From Lottia gigantea (taxonomy: Eukaryota), in the NCBI RefSeq assembly GCF_000327385.1, contig NW_008708401.1, forward strand, positions 437,969-501,968: a stretch of DNA of 64,000 nucleotides, written 5' to 3'. The notes beneath the pieces are model-generated. The model was not told the DNA's origin. It saw only the letters and a list, made by a program, of their open reading frames with translations, and searched no databases. How positions within the stretch are numbered: position 1 is the first letter of the stretch; each line of letters begins with the position of its first letter. Shown here piece by piece: positions 43,701 through 55,613 of the stretch. The translations under genes were made by a program, and so were the position numbers.

Positions 43701-46700
43701 TAAACGGTTTCACAGAACCAATGAGCTATCCAGTCTGTGTTATTAAATCAGAAACTGAGAAACGTCAAACATTTGTACAGAATCCTTTCGTGGAACCTGC
43801 TATTCATGCCGTTTTTACTTACGCCAATGCCTTTCGCAAAGCTCATGAAACCTTTTGTGGCCCTAATGCATTCGGAATGTGTGATGCGCTAAAGAATCTT
43901 ATTCCCAGAGATTTTTACCTGAATTACTTGAAGGGTGTGAACTTTAAGTACAATACAGAAGAGCGTATATCTAGTTTGTCCTCCTATATATTGGAACCTT
44001 ATAACACAGCAAAACAAGTCGATTTCGACATTAATGGTGATATCATTAATCCTGCTTACGATATCTGGAATTTCAACAACCTTCTTCAACAAGAACAAGA
44101 CAAAGGTGAAAAATTTAGATTGGTAGGTATTTCATATTTTTCCACTTTAAATTTCAATAAATTTGTCCATGCCTTGTTTAAGTTTAATATTTTGGGTATT
44201 GAAATTTTCTTTATTATTGGGTGTTTCATGTTGGATACTCAACCTTCAGATATTTGATAGTGTAAACTTTTGGATACCCTTGATTAAGTTAACTGTTATC
44301 ATCCATTAATTCTATTGTTTTACAGGTTGGAAGATTCCTGGGAAATATACTATCCATCAATCGAGATCAGGTAGAAATGTATGATGAAAAACGTGAAAAG
44401 CCATTGACTGGTATACCAGAATCTGGATGTACTGTTCAGCCATGTGGACCTTGTGTTGGAGTTCCTCCAGAGACCAAGTACTTCTACCAGCATGGTGATG
44501 TAGTTCTGACTGGTCTGTTCTCCTTACATCAAAAAGGACTCAGTCCTCTAACTTGTGGAGCCTTTGACAAGAATAACATCATCTCCGGGGCTCAATATCT
44601 ACAAGGAATGATCTATGCACTGTATAAAGTAATCCAGAACACTAATATCTTACGAGGAGTACGACTAGGTGGTCTGGCATTCGATGATTGTATGAGCAGT
44701 ATCTTAGGAACCACCACCATATCACAGGTTAGTGAAAAACTCTTGATTTTATACGAAATTATATGCTTGGTCCATATCATAGTGGGTTGCTGCCAAATTT
44801 ATTATTAGGAACCATACAGTCTCAGCAAGTTATAAGTTTTAAAGATTCATATCATTAAGACAATATTTCCAGGATGGCTTGGATACAAAAATAAACCACA
44901 CTTGATGAAGTATCCATCATCTTTAGTCAGGCTCTCCACTTATATCTCAAGAGAGATAACTCTAATTGATATCTTAAGACCAAAATATTACAATAAGTCA
45001 TTATAATACAGTATGCCACTAGTAGATAAACTACATAGATACAAATTTTTCCAGGTCCAACAAGGTGCTCTGACTATAACAGACAGCAGTGGTAATATCC
45101 TGGATCCTAGAAAAATAGATGGTTACATGGCAGCTCATTCCAGCCAATTGACATTCCCCATAGCTGAGTTGATGAACATTTTTAAACGCCCCTTGATTGG
45201 CTACGCTAGTTTAGATGAAGATCTTTTAGATTATCCTTACTATCTGCGTTCCACTCAAGGTTCGGCTTTTGAAAAGCGCGCTATTATTAAGATGCTCAAA
45301 AGACTTGGTTATGAGTATGTCCAATTGGTTTACGAAGATTCAGAATACTTTGTGAAAGGAAGTTATGATTTCCGAAGAATTGCTGCTGAAGAAGGTGTCT
45401 GTGTCATCACTACCATTAAAGCTGGAATGGATGGATCAGAAACAGTTCAGATGCTACGAAAACGAAAAAACATCAAACCAGTCATTTTGAATGTTGGAAT
45501 TATGGGAAATAAGCGTTTTCTGGAGGGTGTCAGCCAAATGAATGCTTCTGGAGAGTTTGCATTATTTGGTCTGCATACTTTTGGAAGATACCAACAAGTG
45601 GTAGAAGGTAATGAAGACGCAGCTGATGGAGTAATCAGTTTAGATATGAGAAGTTCCAATCTTGGGGAGTACCAAAAGTAAGTCTTAACTTTTTAACCCT
45701 ACTGATTAGAACTGCGCCATCTTATCCACTGACTCTCTAAGTAAAGAAAATTCTTATATGAAAGTTTAGTTTTATTTGAATTGTTTATACAGATTACCAT
45801 CCTCTTAGGTATTTTGCTTTATTTTGAATGATATCTGCCTTTCTGCTACTTTGTTTGTCAAATCTGCACCCTTTGGGTAGTTAACACATCTGATAGTGTT
45901 TTTCACCTCATCGCATCCCTCTTGGACAGTCTTGGTATATTGTTTTAAAAGCATTAACTCTTTTCTTATTTCAGTTATCTATCTCGGCTACGTGTAGACA
46001 GTGAGAAAGACAGAAATCCTTGGTTTAGTGAATGGTACCAACATGTCCATCAATGTTTTTTACCAAACTCACAAATCAAAATGTACACGACACCTTGTCC
46101 AGACGTGGCCAACATTGGTATAATTGGAGCTGTAGATTATAAACTAATGTACTATCTGGAAGCTAGTATCAATGCTGTTTATGCCTTCGCCTATGGTTTG
46201 GATGCTGCATTAATTCAGTACTGTGGTGCTCAATACAGTGGAGTTTGTAATAATTTCCTCAGTGCCAAAGATAAAGGGGATGTTTTGGTTCAGAAGATTA
46301 AAGAAATCAGTTTTATTCCTGAGAATTCTCCCTACATTATCCGATTTAATGGTCAAACCATTGATCAACCTGCTGTCTTCTATAATTTTGTCAATGGCCA
46401 GTTTAGAGAGGTATGTTCTTTGTTTTTATTTGAAAGGACACATGTAGGGGAGCATTGTTTTTCTATGTATCTTTAGGTGAGGGGCCCTGAATCTGTATGT
46501 GAGGGGACCAAATTGGGGCCACAGAATTCTCAAAGGGGGACCCACAAGCAATTCTGGAAGGGCTGTAATCTTTTAGAGAGTAGTTATATCATGTATCCAT
46601 GGAGAAATTTCGTACTCTTTTGACCCTTGTATTGAACTCCTTATTAAGTATTAATATTTTTGATGGTACATTTCTTAACTTCCAGATTGGAGAGTATGAA

Positions 46701-49700
46701 GCTATGAACAACCAGCTGAAAGTTACCCAAATTCCAATTTTCTACAACAATACTGCCTCTTCTATGTATAAACCAACATGTCCACAGATGTGTCGTGAAT
46801 GCTTCTACATGTTTCAACATCAAAACTATATGTACATTGATGGAGACTTGTTCATACCTGGCATGTTTGACGTGCATTATTCAAAACGACATGTATCACC
46901 TTTCAGCTGTGGATCTCTTCGCTCAGAAAATGGCTTCCAGTATGTAGAAGCTTTTGCTTTTGCTTTGGATTATGTAAACAATGGTCAAGCTGGTGTAAAG
47001 TTGAATAATAATCTTAAATTGGGAGGTTTGGCTTTCGATGGTTGCTCCAATTCCCTCAGAGCAACTACGTTAGCTAATGCTTTCCAATCTACGGCTATTA
47101 GATTCAAGAACAACAATGGTGGATATATCGACCAGAGGAAGACACTAGCTTGGCTCGGTTACGACAGTCAATCCACCATCAATATGGCTGAATTATTAGG
47201 ATCCATTGGTGTTACAGTTGTGAGTCCAGGAGCTACCTCACCATTATTGAACGACAAAACAAGATTCCATAGTTTCTTCCGAACTATCCCATCTGAAGGT
47301 TACCTTGCTAGAGCAATGGCAGATCTGACAGAGACTCTGGGATTTAAATACGTCATTACAGTCAACTCTCCTGATACAGCCATGAGGGAAGCTAAAGATC
47401 ACTACAGGCAATATCTGAAAGACAATGGCATCTGTGTTCTGGCCTCATACGAGTTTGTCACAGATGGAAGTATGGAAATTATTCTAAATTCAATGAGTGA
47501 ATCAACCACAAGAGCTGTTGCAATATTTGCTGAACCTGACATGTACGTTAAAGAGCTGATGGAGCTGAAACAAAATCGATACCCAAATGTCAACTTCATT
47601 TTTATTTCCAATCGCAAATTTTATGCAAAACAGAAGAACTATGCAGCTGCAGTAGAGAATGCATTAAGTTTTGATATGGATGTTCCAACAGTCCAGGAAT
47701 TTGTGAACTATTTAGGAAGTTTACAGTACACCAGTAACACACGCAATCCATGGTTCAAAGAATTTTATGAAGAGAAATTTGGGTGTCAGCTATTCCCCTT
47801 GTATGCTAGTCCAGCAGTATGTACCATTAAGACCATGTCTATTGTAGACTCTTCCTTCCAGCAAGATTTATACACACTCTCCACTATTAATGCTGTTTAT
47901 GCTCTAACAGAAGGTATGTGCCAATATTTTTCACTTATTCATTGTCTTACTCCATGTAGGGTATTAGGATTTTGGATTTATTAGAAATATGTACATCTAC
48001 ATGTACATATGAAGGTAAACCTTTTTTGTCCTTTATTATTGATGATTGTGGCAGATTATGTAGTTGAGGGTTCAAGGTTATAAAGCACCTGTCGGAAAAA
48101 ACAAATTATCTTTAAAATAAATCTTTTATTGCTATTTTCAGGAGTTCACAGAACATTACAAGAGAAATGTGGAGCATCGTATACCTCTATCTGTGGTAAA
48201 TATCTAACAGATGCTGATACCAACCAGAGGTTGATGGATCACATGGATAAATTGAATTTTACTGATATTGTCGGAGCTTATTTTGAATTTATGGAACGTG
48301 AGGCAAGACAATCCTTTACTGTCAATCAATATAAAAATGGTGATCCGTTTAAGGTAAGAAATTTGTATTTTTTTGGTAAGTGGATGGGCTGAGAGCTTAT
48401 ATCAGGTTAAAACCTGAAAAGCAATTTATTCTTGCTAGTGGGGAGCTTTAAATCCAACACTCTACTTATAGATACATTATTGAGTGAATTTTGATCTGAT
48501 TGTGGTAGGTGTCATAAGCATAACAGCAAATGCTATGCCCTTTAGGAACTCTTGATACCTTCTTTTGACTGGGTTCCCAACTCAGCATCACTTAAAGCAT
48601 CATGTGTAATTTAGAGGGAGATGGAGGAATTCTTCAGAATAGTAAAATTACTTGATAAAGTGAAAAATCAGCTCAATAAAACCACATTGTTATTTTAAAC
48701 CAATTTTGACATGTATTTCAGGTTGCAAGTTTGTTATCTGGAAATCTGACCTACCCTGATTTAAATAATCTTAAAAACAATTATAGAAATGTTCCATCAA
48801 CCTGCGATAATAACTGTGATCTTTGTTCAGATGCCAAAAATAATTTTGGTGATTTTACTCATATTGATGGTGACATATATTTTGTCGGTAAGTAGTCTTG
48901 GATCCACAAGTTTCAGTTATTCCTCATTTTATGAACGTGATTGCATCCCTTCCTGACATGCCCATTTTGACATTAAAGCAGAATATTCAGAGGCATAATC
49001 TGAAATCCCAAACAGAGAAAAGCATAAAAGTAGGACGTAAAAGCCAATTTCATTTTGTTTTATAGGGTTATTTGATGTTCATAAGAAAGGAGCAACACCA
49101 TTTTCCTGCGGTAGTCTTAATGACAAACATGGCTTCCAACTTCTAGAAGCTTTCAACTATGCTGTGGAATATGTCAATGACAAGAAGGGTATATTTAGAG
49201 ATAAACTCAATGGTGTCGATATTGGTGCCATTGGTCTTGATGTTTGCCAGAATCCTACAAGAGCTGCCAATTTGGTAACCAATATCCATAGTAACAGCAT
49301 AAATTTGGTGGACCCATTTGATGGCACTTTGGTTCAACCCTCAAGATTCGATGTCTATATTGGTCCATTTGATACTGATTCATCCATCAGAGTTGCTGAT
49401 GTTTTGGATGGCTTGTCAATTCCACAGATTACCTACGGTGCCACAAGTCTTGAACTCCAGGACAAGAAGAAGTACCGATATTTCCTTCGATCTGTTCCTG
49501 CTGATGATAAACAAGCCAGAGCCATTATCTCCTACCTCAAACGATTTGATAACAACTTTGTTCAGATTATCTCCACCTTTGACAGTGTTGGTTTGAAGGG
49601 TAAAGAAGAGTTTAAGAGATTAGCTCCCTTGAATAAAATCTGCGTAGAGAAAGAAATTACTGTAGGCTATGATGTAAGTCTATTTATGTTACTCTTTTAC

Positions 49701-52700
49701 AATTGTTTATAAATGGATAGCATCTGTAGTATTAGATCTTTCTATAATATTTCAATAACGCTAGATGTGATTGTTAATGAAAATTTATCATCTGATTGGC
49801 TTAATAACATTAAGATGTTTGAATGTACAGTAATTTGATTGGTTTATAATTGGTTAATTGAGATGACTTAAACAGTCAAATAGAATTAAATTGATTTCAT
49901 TGGTTAATAATATTAAGATTTTAATCAATCTCTGTGATTGACCAATGAAATGACTTTAACTGTATTTACTTTTGGATTCAAATTGATCCGATTGGTTAAT
50001 AATTTTAAGATTTAAATTAATCTCCTTGATTGGCCAATATGAGATGACTTTGATAGGATTTACTTTTAAATTCAAATTGATCTGATTGAGGCTGATGAGG
50101 TTTTGTGAATTTAAAACAATGAATCATGATAAGTACTTTTCATTTGCCCTTAGAGGTTGCAAGAGATTAAAATATTATTATTTTTACTCTTTTTCAGGGT
50201 CCTGTAACAGCAGCTGAAGCTAGTAGTGCTCTAGAACAGCTAAAGGCCAATCAATCAGCTAAGGTTGTAGTGCTGTTCGTCGACGATCCAAGAGTTATTC
50301 TTCAAGCTATTGATGTAAACCCTGAAATAAGGAACAATTTCTTCTTCATTGGTACTGATAAATGGGGCATGGATAAAGATATCTTATTTGGATTGGACAA
50401 TTTGATCAGTAGTGATAAAGTTGTAACTTTCGATGTAGAAACAGCTGATGTACCTGGCTTTGATGACTATCTTCAATACAAGACTCCTGATAACTATAAA
50501 CGTAACCCCTGGTTTAAAGAATACTACGAACAGCAATATCAATGTGATATCTCTGAGCCTAATTGTGTACAGAATCGTTTTGGCATTTCAAGAAATGAAA
50601 AGTATATCCAAGATCCTTATGTATTGTATGTGGTCAACGCAGTCTTTGCAGCAGCCCTTGGTGTCCACAAGAGTTTGGTGGAATTGTGTGTCGGTGGTAA
50701 TAATCAGAACCAATTCTTAAATGGTGTCTGTTCCTTATTCAGACAGAGTGGAGAGCGTCGTCAAAGAATCCACCGAGGAATTACTAAAGCTGAGTTTATT
50801 GATGACACATACCAGCCTTTCTACTTCCTGGAAACGGGGGAAAGTGACCGTGGTTACCATATTTATGATCCTAAAAAGGATGATTTGGGTGAATACGTAT
50901 ACGACAATGTAAGTTTCTTCCCTTTTTTATTTTTATTTTTATCTGGCAAAAATGTTAAAAACTGTCCTAAAATGAATCATGAATGTAGATTATGCATTAG
51001 AGTACCTGAATCTGATTGTTCTTCAGTTCCTGAACATGATACAAGATCCTTAATTGGACAAATTGGTTTGGTGACAGAAGATTTTGCACCAAAACATCTA
51101 AACTGGCTGTTGCTATGCCAGTCTGTGAATAATTGTAAGGAAAAGTAGATGGAAATGATATTGGGTTACAAGACAGCCTTGATAACTTTGAGTATGATGA
51201 TATCTCCTAAAAAGTCTTTTTTTTATATTCTTTTCAGGTGGGAAGCTACAATGATACTGACTTTTTGAAAATTGACATCACCTATGACATGAAGTTTCAA
51301 TCCAGATGTAAAGAAGGAGTAGATTGCCCCTGTATTTTCCCCAAATATGAACAATCAAGGTACATGTTAAAAGAGTCAGCATTTAACTTGAATCTGGTGT
51401 ATGTTGCTAACCTTCACCAAGCTGTACCAAATGATCCATTCCAATGTGGTATGATGTCCTCCATGAGCAACTTCCAATCTATGCTTGCTTTCTTCTACGC
51501 TATTGGTCAAGTGAATGCAAACGAGTTCAATAAGTATCCAGCTTCGTTGAAACTTGGAGGATTAGCTGTTGACAGTTGCTCTCAACCAATGAGAATTGGA
51601 GAAGATGTATACAGTTTGTTGAGTGGTGAAGGACTTTGTCATTCCAGTGGACGTGGACAAATTATCTCCCCTTCCTCAGTCGTGTCATTCCATGCCTTAT
51701 CAACAGACACATCAGAACCACTTAGTCGAATTCTAACTCCTTATAAAATCCTGTCCCTCAGTCCTGGAGCTACTTCAGTTAGTTTGAGTGATAAGCGACT
51801 CCATCCTTACTTCCTGCGAACTGTTCCTCCAGATGATATTCAGGTTGTTCTCATGCTACAGGTCATGAAGCAGTTTGGTTGGGATTATGCCTCCATCATA
51901 TACACAAATTCTGGTTATGGAATTTCAGCTAGAGATGCCTTAATCAGACAAGCAGCTTTCGCAAACTTGAAAACCTGCGTCGGAGTTGGTCATGCTTTAG
52001 CTTACTCCACATCCTTGACTGAAGTAGAAGAGATTTTAGTCAGTTTGAGTCAAAAGGTTGGATCACGTGTAGTGATACTCTTTACAGATCCAGCACACTC
52101 ACGTCTGATCCTTCAAGCCACCAAGAATAAGGGACTGACTGGTCGATTTGTTTGGTTGGCCAGCGACTACTGGGCTAACAGTATGGAGATTGTGCAAGGA
52201 TATGAAGAAGAAGCTGTTGGTGCTCTTACAGTCCAGATCCGATCAGAGTTCGTCCAGTCTTTCAATAACTTCATGATGAATCTGAATATGACCAATAGAA
52301 ATGGCATCCCTGATGACTGGTTTGAAGAGTTTTATCAAACTATACACAAGTGTAGAATCCTTAAATCTGAAGTGACGAAACAGTTCCCACGAGTGTGTAC
52401 TGGAAGTGAGAAAATCACTGAAGACATGATCAGTCAAGACCCATTCGTTCTACATACTATTATCTCCGTATACCAGATCGCCGAAGGTTTGAATAGCATT
52501 GCTGCATGTAAATCCTCATCAAGATTAGATTTGTATGCTTGTTTGTCTCTTCAACCAAACAGACGCCATCTCATCTACAACAATGTTTTAGGAGCTCAGT
52601 TAGATGTGTTGTCCAATGAGCTGAAAAATAGAAGCTTCACATTCAAATTCACAGCAGATGGTTATGGTGATATTGGTTACAACATATTAAACTTCCATCG

Positions 52701-55613
52701 TGATGTCACTCAGGATAAATATGTCTACTCAAAGGTAACAAACTTGCTAGAAAATTGTCCAGAGTGCAAAATGAACAATACAACAGTGGGGCGTGCAAAT
52801 CAAATTTTATCTCAAAGGCTTTATGAAATAACTGCATCATGGGTTATTATGTACCAAATGTTACATTGGGGCATTTGTGCAGTGTTTTGATTCCTTTTCA
52901 GTACAATCAGATGTTGAAGTGAATAATTCTTGCTAATCTTCTGTCTGTTGTTAAATGGCAAGCTTCTAAGTAATCAAGATTATAGTGAACTTCTGGACAA
53001 ATATTACAAATCTGTTTCTTGCATCTTAGCTGATTTGTTTGTTCAGGCATATTGATCCCATGATGTTGATCTAGATAGTAGTGGCAGGTGTCGCGCGAAG
53101 AAGATCATGCTTACTCTTTTTCGAAACACCTGATGGTATTTCTCTTTGGAGGAGTCCACTACTGTAATATTTTTACTCTTGATTTTGCCATGCCTTGGAC
53201 AAGATTTTGATTAACGGAATTATCTTTCTTGTACAGCTTTTTATTATATAACCTTGATGACATGAACATTAAAAATGTGACAAGACCTTATCATTAAAAA
53301 AAAACCTGTCAGAGTCTAATGATCAAGCATCTTTTTTTTCAGATTGGAATCTACCAAGAGTCACTTACCATAAACAGACTGGCCTACCGTGGAAAGAGTA
53401 TCCTGACTATTGGAGTTATACCATTGTCAACTTGTCCACCATCAATCAACTGTACATGCTATGCAGCAGGAGCATTGATCAATGAAGGAGGAGCTATCAT
53501 TGGAAGTGGAGTATCTGGTGATAGGATTGTTGCAGATGAAGGTGGAGCGGTATACAGATATCAACATAGTTACACTGATACTGGTTATATTATAGGATCA
53601 GATGGAACTTATCTTGACCCCAAAACAGGTGCTTTATTAATAGTGAAAGGTGTTCGTAAAGGAGCAGATAGGTTCTATGATATTTGGGGAATTATTTTAG
53701 CAGCTTTAGCAGCCATTGGAGCTTTTATTGCTTTATGTATGTTCATCTATTTACTGGTAGTCTACCCTGTACGAAGTGGCACAACAATCCTTGGATTCCT
53801 TCTATTATTTGGCATCATATTGATGTACCTGTTGGTCTTTGTTTTCATTTTCCATGCCTCACCAGAAATTTGCGCTCTACGAAGGTTTGCTTTAGGATTT
53901 GTGTATGCTCTAGTATATGCTGTTTTGTTTGTGAAACTGGTTGATTGCTGGAGATCCAAAAATGCCGGTGACTATTCTGAAGTGAAATACAGTAAAATTG
54001 GACGACCTGTTGGACTATTGTTCTTGGTGATCATGCTTGTGTTGGTCCAGGTGATTATCTGTGCTGAATGGCTGATTTTGGTAGCTCCTGGCTTCACTAC
54101 CATCTATTACAACCAATATATTTGGCCATTGTGTCTTCCTATTGGTTGGTATGATACAGCATTGGTCCTCTCACTGGTTTATGTCATGTTCCTGATTATC
54201 TTATGTGTTATTTTTGGAATTGCCTGTTTCTCAAGCCCAAGAAATCATTATGAATCAAGATGGATTCTTGGTATTGCCATTCTGAGTATTCCAACTTGGG
54301 TAATCTGGTGCCTCGTTGCTGTGTTGGCAGATTATGAATTCCGAGATGCTGCAGTGGCTGTTGGTCTGTTATTGAATGCTACCTATATGTTGTTATGTGG
54401 TTCCCTACGTAAATTGTATCTATTGAACAAATATCAAGCTCTGATTGACGAAGAGGAAAAGGAAATTGAAAAAGAGAAAAAGAGCATGAAAGGTGAGTTA
54501 AAACTCCTCATAAAATGGCACAGGGAAAGTCAAGTTGTGTGTATTGTATTGTGGGTATTGTGTGTTCATATATGAATAACAACTGGCGCTACCCAGTACT
54601 TTTGCATCTGTATATTACATAATTAACCAACGATCTGAACCACAAAACAAAAACCCGAAACCAAAAAACCTTTTGGACAAAACATTGGTAGCAGCTGCTA
54701 ATGAACTTTTCACATGAGGAAGTACATCAACCATAAGTGAGTAAGGTAGGAATTAGGTAGTGCCAAAGTTTTATGGTTGATATCATATTAGATCTTAAGT
54801 GGCATTGTGTGTTGATATAAGATAGGATTTTGGTCTGTGAAATGGTCTTTCTGGAGTTAGATTTTACTTGCTTATGCAAGATTCTAGTTTTCACTGTCAG
54901 TTGATAGAACATTGTGAATACTGCTTTTGTTTTATTTTATTTTATTTTTTTCGCTTTCCTAATGTGCTCGTTTGCATGTGCCAATATTGATTTTGGTTCA
55001 ATTTTGTCAATTACATACAGTATAGTTATCATTTATATATTTTACAGGATCAGTATATTACAGTGAGTATGACAACCGACCACATTTCCATGGAAGTACT
55101 CATGGTAGTGTTCACGGTAGCATGCATGGTAGTGTCCATGGCAGTCGTCATGGAACTCTGCAGGGCCGTAATAGTGGATATGCTTATGTTCGTGGCCATA
55201 GAGGGCAGTTAATCATGGTCCAGACTGGTGGACATGGAGGTCACAGTACCAGACTCCATTCCAATGGTTCCGGTATTCAAAATGGAGGTGGTATGGTCGT
55301 TGCACACAATCAAGCTGAAGAAGAAGTCTTCCATGCAAGTGGACATAGTGCTGGTGGAATGATCATTCAGGAAGATATCCATCCTATGATTAATGATGGT
55401 CATTACAGTGAAGTCAACCATGGGCAAGGTGGAATGGTTATTGTTAGTGGTGGTGGTGAAGAGTCTATGAGGATGCTCAATGCTGATGATGCAGTACCTA
55501 GTACTAGTGGTGGATTGTCAACATCTCAATCAGGACAGTACTCTGAGGTCATCCGTGGTGGAGATGGTGGGGTCAGTGTGTCGGAGGCTTTTGGCAGTAG
55601 AGGAAGTAAGTAG
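40796..55613 (+). CDS. Giant class C (metabotropic-glutamate-like) GPCR of about 3020 aa with FIVE tandem Venus-flytrap (ANF_receptor / PBP type I) modules, a Gly-rich stalk, 7TM and a His/Gly/Ser-rich tail. Sixteen exons: 40796-40961 (signal peptide), 41344-41454, 41948-42067, 42754-42920, 43220-44122 (VFT1); 44326-44727, 45055-45677, 45975-46410 (VFT2); 46686-47913, 48142-48353 (VFT3); 48723-48888, 49066-49673, 50198-50908 (VFT4); 51238-52734 (VFT5); 53343-54492 (linker plus 7TM); 55048-55613 (tail, stop 55611-55613).
   Basis: Each module shows the mGluR-type landmarks in order: the D(I/V)x(I/L)GG(L)F..H start; an N-lobe (GIQ..A..FA...IN....LKLGGLAFD(D/G/S)C or IGAIGLDVCQNP); SPGATS..LSDK..(Y/F)(F)FLR(T/S)VP(P/S)D; NPWFKE(F/Y)Y(E) and a C-lobe. 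The 7TM has seven hydrophobic helices with the class C TM3 signature PEICALRRFALGFVYALVYAVLFVKL. All 15 junctions are GT-AG with matching phases and the summed CDS is 9066 nt, divisible by 3. Modules 2-5 have no start codon or signal peptide of their own. AATAAA near 55989. Confidence 0.7.
53682..54380 (+). other. Seven-transmembrane (7tm_3, class C) region of the multi-VFT receptor.
   Basis: Helices IWGIILAALAAIGAFIALCMFIYLLV, ILGFLLLFGIILMYLLVFVFIF, RRFALGFVYALVYAVLFVKLV, LLFLVIMLVLVQVIICAEWLIL, LVLSLVYVMFLIILCVIFGIACF, WILGIAILSIPTWVIWCLVAVL and AVAVGLLLNATYMLLCGSL. Confidence 0.7.

Noticed and set aside
52735-52890. Read-through extension of the VFT5 exon ORF (…VTNLLENCPECKMNNTTVGRANQ…AVF then stop).
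   Set aside because: A GTAACA donor sits right after YSK at 52734. The 7TM exon at 53343 follows a strong polypyrimidine acceptor and is in phase. Read-through would give a receptor-less secreted protein, although it cannot be excluded as an alternative isoform.
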